From a virus (taxonomy: Duplodnaviria > Caudoviricetes): a stretch of 61,297 bases of DNA. A model generated the notes under the pieces. It was given only the letters and a program-made list of their open reading frames with translations. It made no database searches and was not told the origin of the DNA. Every line of letters starts with the position of its first letter. The first letter of the stretch is position 1. The DNA lies in IMG/VR virus record IMGVR_UViG_3300033153_004916, positions 1 to 61,297 of that record; one strand, 5' to 3'. The translations under genes and the position numbers were made by a program. Below, piece after piece: positions 53,901-61,297 of this stretch.

Positions 53901-56900
53901 CAGATTTTGTTAATAAATATAGTACAGTAAGTTTAGCGTCTTCGACAATCAACGTAGGATATAATCGTTTAGCACCAAAAAGTATTTCTTGTTGGATTGA
54001 TGAATCCGATTCTTCTGGAACTTCTAGTATTTTAACTGGTACGCATGTTTTTAAATTTGACGATTCTTTTATTAATGCGCGACAGACAGTTAATCATATT
54101 TCACCTTTGCTCACAATAGCAGATTTGTCGACAGTTATACCAGAAATATCGTTATATGGTATCAATCCTTCTATTTTTAGTGATCCTATTGAAGAAGAAA
54201 AATTCTTAGATCAACTTGGGTTCTTATTAGAACGACGTTCAAGCTCTCCCATACAATTTGCTATAGCTATTGATGGCAATGACGATGAACATCTTCTCAA
54301 AGTTTTTAAGATACGTAAAAATGGAATAGATAGTATTAATGTATATTTTACACATCAACGATTGAGAAATACATCGCATAACACCCAAGCGCATACATTT
54401 CCGACAGATTCAACGATAAGTAATATTAAAGAAATTAAATTTGTTTCATCGATATATATATTAGCAAATAGCGATGAATCATTACGATTATTTTATAACG
54501 AGGTTGGAAGTTACACATTTAATACGCAGCCAACAATTAATTTTGATGGCGATATCGAAAGATATGGAAATACGAATATACGCGAACTGATTTCCGATGA
54601 CACATATTGGGGTCAGTCGCAGAAATTTGAAACGGGATTAATGCTCAAATTTACAATAAATTCACAAGAGATTATCGACTCGGAAACTGAACGTGAAAGC
54701 ATCTCATTTTTGAGTCGGCTTTTTTCTTCCTCGGACGATCCATTATTACCACTTATTGCAGACGAAGTAGAAGAATACTTAGACCCACTGAGATATGTTC
54801 TATATGGAAACTATGTGAATGGAACACATGCTGACCCAGAGATTCTTTCTGATTGGCGATATGAAGACTCAGAAGAATTTAATTCATTTGGATATTCATA
54901 CTTGGATCCTGGATCTGTGTTACATGCGCGCATTGCGAGTCAAGCTATTTGGCCAAATATGTATGGTTCAAATGCTACATATCGCGACCCGTTACATTCT
55001 ATTGCCCTGTGCCGCGGAGCAATCGAAGATGTTCGAATTCAGAGTATGTCCGTTGGTATAAACTTTGATAATGACGATTCGCATGTTTTAAGAAATGAAG
55101 ATTATGATTTCCTTGGATGGGCTTGGAGCAAAACGACAAATCCGCTTCCAACTGATGCGGGAATTGGGGATATTTATATCAAAACTGACCATACTATCGC
55201 AACTTACAATGGTTCTACCTGGGTTATCTCTATACCATCCGAACGAGAAGCGTTATATGTAGTTGATGAGAAGAAAATATACGCATTTGATGGGTTAGTA
55301 TGGGACGAAGCTACACTTTCATCTCAGTTAAATATATCCAAAGAAGACGACTATAATCGGTTTTCTTCTCGACTTGGAATGTATTCGATGGATTATTCTT
55401 ATAGACATTGGCCAACAATTATGCATCCATATATCGACGTGAGAGAAAATACATGGCTATTGCAAAATACAAGACCGACTGCTGTAATAACATCGCAAAA
55501 AATTATAACTTCACCACCAATTGATAATAGCACTGTTCACGAGATGGTTGCTCGTTTGGATACGCCACCGACGCCCCCGCCGGGCGATGCCGGAAAGACA
55601 TGGATTGTCGGGTCGAGCGCAGGGGGAGTCTGGACGGGACACGAAAATGAAATAGCATTATGGAACGGGTCAGCATGGAGTGGTTATGGCGATCCAGTTG
55701 TTGGATACGCATATTTTGTTATTGCTGAACAAATATTCTATGTGTGGCACCAAGATACGCATATACATTCTGCTACAGGCGAATGGTTACCATTTTCAGA
55801 TAATGATGTATGGGCCGTTCCAGGGATGCTTTATCCGGTTGGATATGAAGTAGATGGGTGGCTTTTACAACATTATTATAATACCGTTGCCAATAGCAAC
55901 GGAACTATTACTACCGCGGAACTAGATGGGTTTACCGATTCGGCAGCAACTGGATGGACAACAAATTCTCTAGTTGGATATCATGTATATATTGTTAGTG
56001 GTGACTGGAAAACGCAATATCGAACTATTATAGCCAATGGAACCGATTATTTGACTGTAGATTATCCATGGACCGGAACACCTACCGTTGGAGATGATTA
56101 TCGTATCGTTACACCAGAATTCCGTGGTAAATATATTATATGGGATGGCGTTGATGCATGGGATTGGCAACACTGGTCGATTAGAGACACCGATACCGGT
56201 GATGTAACTCTATCTGGTAGTCAGATTTCGACGCCAATGCTCACATCTGAAAAAATGGGGCAGATAAATTATAGTGCCGAACTTATAGATTTGGGGCCTC
56301 GTGGATGGATGGGTTATCCAAATGTTGCACCACAATCTCTTACAAACAGCAGAAATAGTAAAATATATTCGATGAAACAGAATGTTGGTGAACTTTTACG
56401 AGATGTTGAATTATTGGTCGCTAATCCAGATGCGTCATTTGGTTCTGGAGATTCACTTGCATCGACGACCGAATTGTCGTTAAATAGCAACGGATATTGG
56501 CGGGCAAATTTTGATACGCTAGACGCATATGAGTTCTATGGAACCGACGCGTCAAAATATATCACACCTATCAAATTCACTAGCAAAGTTATGCCTATAA
56601 CGGTTGCGATTTCTTCGGGGAATATAATAAAACCGTCAAATATATGGTCAAGAAGTATAAGTTCTGGTTCGGAAGTCATGACATTTGTTCAGTTCACGGA
56701 TCAAGAATTTATGGGATACGATTTGGAATATTTTAGGTCTGGTAATCAGGAAGCTGTGGATAATTTCTATGAGACTGGTGTGAACAATCCTATCAATCCC
56801 GAAATTAATCAGCGTATAGATAATCTATACAATCCTCCAAAGGAACCCGGATGGCTAGATGGTATAGCAAATGGTATTGGCAAAGTAGCCGTTGCACTTA

Positions 56901-59068
56901 GAATTCGCGATGCGGATACATCTGGCTCACAGAGTACGATTACACCATTACCAACTTCCAATAATATGGTATCTGGATATTCTATGTTATTCGAATTTAG
57001 TGCTTCTTCACTGCAAGATCCCACAAAACTTAAGGCGAAAATGAATGCGGCCTTTTCATTTAGCGCATCCAATTCTCTAACATATCGAATATATATTTCC
57101 AAATACGATGAAGATTATCTTTTTGCTGGATGGTCACATATTAGCGGAACGGCACAAGGCGCCGAACAAGGTGAAATATCGACAGAGTTGGAATTGGAAA
57201 ATACAAAGGACGCTACTGGGCGATTATATATATTGTTCGTGTTTACGGCCAATTTTTTCAATTCGCCTATAACAGATGCAGTATTCAGAGTTAAAAATGT
57301 ATTCTTAGAAGGTGAAAGTAGCGCACAATCGATTTCCACAAATCGTCACAGTCTGCTTTCATTATATGAACCAACAGCAAACGACGAACACTTCCTCGGT
57401 GTATTCATAGAACCACATGAATATGGTCTGAGTGAAATTAATGGTGTAACATTCAGTTCCTCATACATACTAGAAGAGGTTGCGACCGAACGTATTTCAA
57501 AATATGAATATTTGCCACTTGCGGCGGGCAAAACAATTGGCGCTATCGATGAAGTTTCTGTTGTAGACAGATCTGGAAAACGATGGTCGTCCACTTCCGA
57601 AATTAGCACCGGAGAACTTTTATTGAGCGATTCGGGTGTTATTAGTCGTGGTGACGGAAAAGATCACCATATAATGGGCGTTCGGGTATTAGAAGGAGAT
57701 ATTGGTCTTTTGGTTTCAAAAATTGGTGGAACATTTGAATTAGCATCAGGATCTTCAAATATATTTAGTCCAAATCTTGATGCGTATATATCTCATTATG
57801 CTTTTGCGAATGTATCAATAGATAGTGACTATGAGTTTGCCAATGAAGAACATTGGTGGATTCTACCAGATGAAGAATACAGAACGCCGCTCATGAGAGA
57901 TATGGCTGGAAATGCGAATTCATATGGATATAATATAAATACACCACTTGAACGATTTGTTGCCCCTGGTGCTGTTAATTTACGAGTATCGAGAACAATG
58001 GACCCCGGTAGTAGCACATATAATATGCCAGATCATGTTGGTTCAACTTTACACGATCAAGATATGCATATGATACAAACTATGGCTATCTCCGATTTAA
58101 CATTTGTTCATGGCGCAGAAAATGTGCGTCCGTGGTATGAATATTGGGACAAAGATCAGATAAACAAAATGATTGGAACAGATGATGATGGAGTATCTCC
58201 TAGCGGCGAAACTACAACATTTATAGGAAACGCAATTATTATTAGTTCTGTATCTGATGATGTTTATCGGATATCTTATAAAGATGAAAATGAATATAGA
58301 TATTTTACAGTATCTATGGTTTCTATATATGCAAGTGAATCTGATGGTACGAGTGAATGGTCTGGAGATTCAATTATAATCCCACCAAATGCAGCATTTA
58401 TATGTATGTCAATGGCATGGAATGCCGATGGAGATTATTTTTCAACAATGCCAAATGGTTATCCATTTGCTGTTAAACTTCCAAATTATTTAGAAAGTAA
58501 ATATAACGCAGTGAGTAATCCACGTATTTATTTTGTCGGAGAAGCATTTGTTGGTGACCCAAAGACCTATAATAATGGCGATTTGGGTGATGGTATTAAA
58601 TATTCGCGTAAATTTATTAGAAATTCTGATGATACGGACGTTGAACATTATTATGATTGGCCTGGTTTGCGTGCTTTAAGAGGAACTGAATATGTAACAC
58701 CTGTTCGTCTTGGTATAGCAAGAAGTATAACCGGAGGAGATATCAAATATTATTTTGATAGTCTGCGAGTTGATGATGGAGTACAAATAATTATGCCTCA
58801 AGAAATGATTCCTCCATATTCAATTGAAGAGCAAAGTCAAGCGGCCGGTACGCCTCAACCAGATTGGGGTATATATTATTTCTATGAACGTAATCCAGAT
58901 ACTGGATGGAGACGTGCTGCTCAACAATATTATAATATCAATGGCGCTCGTGGTATTAGCGGTCCGTATTTGGATCCCGATACTGGATATGTATCTAGAT
59001 TCCCATATCATCCAGATGGGGCGGAATTTAAAATTGATGTGCGCTGGAATATCCACAAATTCTGCTAA
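50993..59068 (+). CDS. Giant tail hub/adhesin protein with DUF2793-like repeats
   Basis: 2691 aa; TPP..GKTWIVG..GVWTGHENEIALWNGSAW and degenerate copies. Confidence 0.75.
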   Translation: MLKVYVGPPQPARNLFGVELDEYFIEAEEDYLYSFNFSRKPDGGSGSVIFNQRYEDILGRSITKGDLIIIIDEGPKNDYAIGSDGAICAMITSVAKTRENITMTFETPMRLVMKHSITSIFDNGNQIHDYELIIANLKNSTTTEPIESSRAMLSLRDAVMHVVYNKSIFGSIFQPSCSSDSSFQIVAQYVANSSEFADVWNAIRLDNINIHEEQTKIVDSSRTYIQTDFVISNLDTKLDTTALDVGDPNYPYYTFIDRPITGTVGITDYFGGALSSIDPVTTKYDEIVLKFKSQILKYRINDQTIYPTRIEIDMSDISEEYVISIVDSVKRMGKIDSYNGNISAALNYGMNALLFNIHDVLYIDSADFDIYNPATIDKYFIIDSIDISGFEPSITFSIKNYSINIDQTEEFLKKLRPSTDKASTVTETSELIDLEIDVDISCEAYTFDFSLESGPIFRESKISGELPGYDIPSMTLFENWDPVINSQMFVSEYYSHDAIYQYKYNEDKNVYALKEYTLENLSDDALDIFETVISKMANGFSIMSTSLSSRGDDTTNKYYTYVGVEIGLNMDDPAYKLGDSYPVLSLRLADIINRGIEFMVTSPQILPGHGEIYDEFRYNGAWRSINIGEEENLLINTSSYPVSLTNAVWIYFRTIHPDGINASIKDIKLFASGVKDTSGPYLTRYPDSELAIKSAFDNSILLLADESVTKYGTYTATGQKINNEHPIQYKDLRDGTIFMSHNYYGYELEDPFHGSHTIKKYLFTKANREGVICSTSDPYADYGQSFGNYYLDLGSWATSPAKIKVDGFHLSKFWPGMQFLVKAIGVDQLFTVASTPDISYNSGTQRTEIPVVEAIPGGIGLPGYAYIESGMVNNFDYEETAIDIINKTAVISSNYLPGFDNDDTLVIPTIAYRPNAILPFSDLLLDMDDIDIGYGSFVDRGIPMRFKTVLTENDLWKVEEIKVKDELDGADFVNKYSTVSLASSTINVGYNRLAPKSISCWIDESDSSGTSSILTGTHVFKFDDSFINARQTVNHISPLLTIADLSTVIPEISLYGINPSIFSDPIEEEKFLDQLGFLLERRSSSPIQFAIAIDGNDDEHLLKVFKIRKNGIDSINVYFTHQRLRNTSHNTQAHTFPTDSTISNIKEIKFVSSIYILANSDESLRLFYNEVGSYTFNTQPTINFDGDIERYGNTNIRELISDDTYWGQSQKFETGLMLKFTINSQEIIDSETERESISFLSRLFSSSDDPLLPLIADEVEEYLDPLRYVLYGNYVNGTHADPEILSDWRYEDSEEFNSFGYSYLDPGSVLHARIASQAIWPNMYGSNATYRDPLHSIALCRGAIEDVRIQSMSVGINFDNDDSHVLRNEDYDFLGWAWSKTTNPLPTDAGIGDIYIKTDHTIATYNGSTWVISIPSEREALYVVDEKKIYAFDGLVWDEATLSSQLNISKEDDYNRFSSRLGMYSMDYSYRHWPTIMHPYIDVRENTWLLQNTRPTAVITSQKIITSPPIDNSTVHEMVARLDTPPTPPPGDAGKTWIVGSSAGGVWTGHENEIALWNGSAWSGYGDPVVGYAYFVIAEQIFYVWHQDTHIHSATGEWLPFSDNDVWAVPGMLYPVGYEVDGWLLQHYYNTVANSNGTITTAELDGFTDSAATGWTTNSLVGYHVYIVSGDWKTQYRTIIANGTDYLTVDYPWTGTPTVGDDYRIVTPEFRGKYIIWDGVDAWDWQHWSIRDTDTGDVTLSGSQISTPMLTSEKMGQINYSAELIDLGPRGWMGYPNVAPQSLTNSRNSKIYSMKQNVGELLRDVELLVANPDASFGSGDSLASTTELSLNSNGYWRANFDTLDAYEFYGTDASKYITPIKFTSKVMPITVAISSGNIIKPSNIWSRSISSGSEVMTFVQFTDQEFMGYDLEYFRSGNQEAVDNFYETGVNNPINPEINQRIDNLYNPPKEPGWLDGIANGIGKVAVALRIRDADTSGSQSTITPLPTSNNMVSGYSMLFEFSASSLQDPTKLKAKMNAAFSFSASNSLTYRIYISKYDEDYLFAGWSHISGTAQGAEQGEISTELELENTKDATGRLYILFVFTANFFNSPITDAVFRVKNVFLEGESSAQSISTNRHSLLSLYEPTANDEHFLGVFIEPHEYGLSEINGVTFSSSYILEEVATERISKYEYLPLAAGKTIGAIDEVSVVDRSGKRWSSTSEISTGELLLSDSGVISRGDGKDHHIMGVRVLEGDIGLLVSKIGGTFELASGSSNIFSPNLDAYISHYAFANVSIDSDYEFANEEHWWILPDEEYRTPLMRDMAGNANSYGYNINTPLERFVAPGAVNLRVSRTMDPGSSTYNMPDHVGSTLHDQDMHMIQTMAISDLTFVHGAENVRPWYEYWDKDQINKMIGTDDDGVSPSGETTTFIGNAIIISSVSDDVYRISYKDENEYRYFTVSMVSIYASESDGTSEWSGDSIIIPPNAAFICMSMAWNADGDYFSTMPNGYPFAVKLPNYLESKYNAVSNPRIYFVGEAFVGDPKTYNNGDLGDGIKYSRKFIRNSDDTDVEHYYDWPGLRALRGTEYVTPVRLGIARSITGGDIKYYFDSLRVDDGVQIIMPQEMIPPYSIEEQSQAAGTPQPDWGIYYFYERNPDTGWRRAAQQYYNINGARGISGPYLDPDTGYVSRFPYHPDGAEFKIDVRWNIHKFC

Positions 59069-59618
59069 TAATAATCCTTCTGGATTTAATATTAATTATG
59101 ATGATGGTTCAGGAACGACATTTGTTGATACTCTCTGTACTACATATGATACCTCATTGCGTTGCCAACAAGTCGCGTGTTATATCGCGGCAGACGCAAA
59201 CGATATAGTCAAATGTAATATCGGACGCTATCAACCGCCCGCACTAACAATGTCCTTTATCGATGCCACAAAAGCGACATATCTTAAGAAGCTCAATTAT
59301 GATGGTATGATTCAGTCATACGATTTCGGGGCGACTTCGGCTACTATAGTTGGAACGCTTATTACAGATGCGTCAAAATCTTGGTCAACCGATGAATTGC
59401 AAGATAAACATATATTTGTTGGCTCGTATCGGCGAAAAATCGTTAGTAATACATCAAATGCTATTACAGTGGATATCGCACTCTCAGCGGGGCTTACACA
59501 TCCAATTGATTATGCTATATATAATAATAACTACATGGATTTGAACCACAGACCGTTATATATGGAAGACGGGTCCCTCAAGGATATAACTATCCGCTTT
59601 AAGATAAATACAAGCTAA
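59037..59618 (+). CDS. Tail-associated protein
   Basis: Probable start MCAGIST; TDASKSWSTDEL..RKIVSNT domain. Confidence 0.6.
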   Translation: MCAGISTNSANNNPSGFNINYDDGSGTTFVDTLCTTYDTSLRCQQVACYIAADANDIVKCNIGRYQPPALTMSFIDATKATYLKKLNYDGMIQSYDFGATSATIVGTLITDASKSWSTDELQDKHIFVGSYRRKIVSNTSNAITVDIALSAGLTHPIDYAIYNNNYMDLNHRPLYMEDGSLKDITIRFKINTS

Positions 59619-59651
59619 CCACAATACTTAAATAGTACATATAGGCAATAG

Positions 59652-60236
59652 GTGATGAAGATGACAAAGACAAGTATGGTTTCAGATTGGAGAACATTAA
59701 CAGGCGCCGGTAAAGTTGTAGGACAAGAGTTTTTTCGCGGAACGGCGGGAGAACCTAAGAACGGTATTCTCTATGCAATTGATCGGCGTGTAGATACAGC
59801 ATCCCGCGAAATTAATGCACTCGAAGTTGACCACGCGGATATAGCACTACATGATCCGGCGCATGTCATATTTACAAATGCCGAATCGTATAATAAGATA
59901 GTTCTCGGTGTGAAATTCATTCTTGATACAGTTGCTTTGCCTACTATATCTCTTGCCCAGTCGAATATTAAGTTTGTACTTGACGGCGGTGCGATTACTA
60001 CTCCGATTGACGCAACAGCGGGAATCGGCATTCAACTTAACGATCTGATTTGGCAGAAAGCGACAGCGCCAGATTTACCAGCAGGCGGGGGCGTATTGGA
60101 CGACTTCTTGTCTGTGTATATTCCTTTGCATATTACATTAGAGTCTGGCGAAACGATTGCCGTATCAACGTTAGATGGCATCGCTGATTTATTTGGAGCA
60201 GCGGATTTTTCATATGAAATAACAGTTATCGGGTGA
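59652..60236 (+). CDS. Hypothetical structural protein
   Basis: 194 aa, CTTAAATAG box upstream, GGTGA SD. Confidence 0.7.
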   Translation: MMKMTKTSMVSDWRTLTGAGKVVGQEFFRGTAGEPKNGILYAIDRRVDTASREINALEVDHADIALHDPAHVIFTNAESYNKIVLGVKFILDTVALPTISLAQSNIKFVLDGGAITTPIDATAGIGIQLNDLIWQKATAPDLPAGGGVLDDFLSVYIPLHITLESGETIAVSTLDGIADLFGAADFSYEITVIG

Positions 60237-60241
60237 TTTAA

Positions 60242-61297
60242 ATGGTTTTAGATGGTTCAAAAAATGATTATTCGCCGCTGCCCGCGGCCTATTTTAACGA
60301 AGTTGAAGACGCAATCGCAAACTCTTTAAGCGTAAGTTCTGGACAAGGACGCGCGCAGATTCTTTCTGGAATTGTATTTAGTGGCGCTAGCGGAAGTCTC
60401 AGTGTGACAAGTGGTATCGCTATTTATAATGGATTAATTTACAGTATAACTGGTTCGGCATTTGTGGTTACGAATCCATATGTGACAATCGATTTGAACT
60501 TGTCTAGTGGGATACCCGATGGCACTATTAATGTAATAGAACACGCTTCGACACCGACATTGAATACACAAACTTTGTTTTTAATAAATGCTGGACATTT
60601 AACTACTCCCGTGGTTCTTTACGATGCAAATTCGTTAATTGCAAATGATTTATCTATCCACGACCAAATAGAAATAGGCGCAATATCAGGAAATCAATTT
60701 AAAAGAACTCTTATTGACCATGAATCTTTGACGTTTGAATATAATTCCAATGTAAGCAAAGTTACGACATTGTCTCTCACGGGTACCAAAAAACTTACCG
60801 ATGGATATTGGGCAGATATGGCCGATTCGTTTGCTGACGTGACGGCACAAAATATACACGATCATATAGCACAGGGCGTTTTGACGCCACTCGATCCGCA
60901 TCCCGTATATATGACAGAAACCGAAAGTGATGTGCGATATATTCCTTCAGCTAATAATGCATGGAATGGTTACGGTCAACTTTCTGGTGCAATAGATGAC
61001 TGGGATCGATTTCTGGTAGAAGATGGGAGTGCTAGTTATGCTACAAGATTTATTACTTGGTTAACAATACAAACTGAATTAGATGCGCGGTATGTCGATT
61101 CTTTAGCAAATAATTGGGTAGCACATTATGGAAATGCATCACCCAGTACAACTATGCAGCCATCTGATAGATTTATAATTGAAAGTTCTCAAAATAGTTA
61201 TGCTAAACGATATAGTACAGTTTCGCGATTAGAAACATATTTCGATACCAAATACGCGCCGCTTACGATATATTATTACACAATCTCCAATAATGTG
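60242..61297 (+). CDS. Tail fibre-like protein (3'-truncated by window edge; absent from ORF track)
   Basis: MVLDGSKNDYSPLPAAYFNEVEDAI..LSVTSGIAIYNG..DPHPVY; GGTGA SD; no stop seen. Confidence 0.7.
   Translation, partial: MVLDGSKNDYSPLPAAYFNEVEDAIANSLSVSSGQGRAQILSGIVFSGASGSLSVTSGIAIYNGLIYSITGSAFVVTNPYVTIDLNLSSGIPDGTINVIEHASTPTLNTQTLFLINAGHLTTPVVLYDANSLIANDLSIHDQIEIGAISGNQFKRTLIDHESLTFEYNSNVSKVTTLSLTGTKKLTDGYWADMADSFADVTAQNIHDHIAQGVLTPLDPHPVYMTETESDVRYIPSANNAWNGYGQLSGAIDDWDRFLVEDGSASYATRFITWLTIQTELDARYVDSLANNWVAHYGNASPSTTMQPSDRFIIESSQNSYAKRYSTVSRLETYFDTKYAPLTIYYYTISNNV

Larger units (their letters stand above)
1..61297. mobile_element. Segment of an archaeal tailed virus genome (Caudoviricetes, siphovirus-like)
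   Basis: Terminase-portal-protease-capsid-tail-tape measure module, dense small ORFs, tRNA array, archaeal promoters/SD sites and BHB introns; no host housekeeping operon or integrase seen. Confidence 0.92.

Overview
This window is part of a large head-tailed (HK97-fold, siphovirus-like) virus genome, very probably infecting an archaeon. Evidence for an archaeal host: BRE-TATA promoters, GGAGG/GGTGA Shine-Dalgarno sites, an aRF1/eRF1-type release factor, archaeal tRNA identity elements and bulge-helix-bulge (BHB) tRNA introns. Layout: (i) 1-14.5 kb, a minus-strand block of small accessory genes (nicotinate phosphoribosyltransferase, Thg1-like polymerase, minimal PolX, metallophosphoesterase, many CxxC proteins); (ii) 14.5-16.5 kb, a repeat-rich strand-switch region with two plus-strand genes; (iii) 16.5-24.1 kb, a minus-strand block with two protease-like genes, a release-factor gene split by an in-frame UAG, a 24-tRNA array with an HNH gene and unexplained structured RNAs, and a dCMP deaminase; (iv) 24.1-61.3 kb, plus-strand morphogenesis genes (terminase, portal, protease, scaffold, capsid, neck, tail tube, chaperone, tape measure, very large tail proteins). 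The two most striking observations are three intergenic, non-tRNA BHB motifs in the early operon (candidate splicing-endonuclease mRNA processing or circular RNA sources) and a viral N+M-domain aRF1 interrupted by a single amber codon (candidate readthrough autoregulation). All calls were made by eye from motifs and manual folding; no searches were run.
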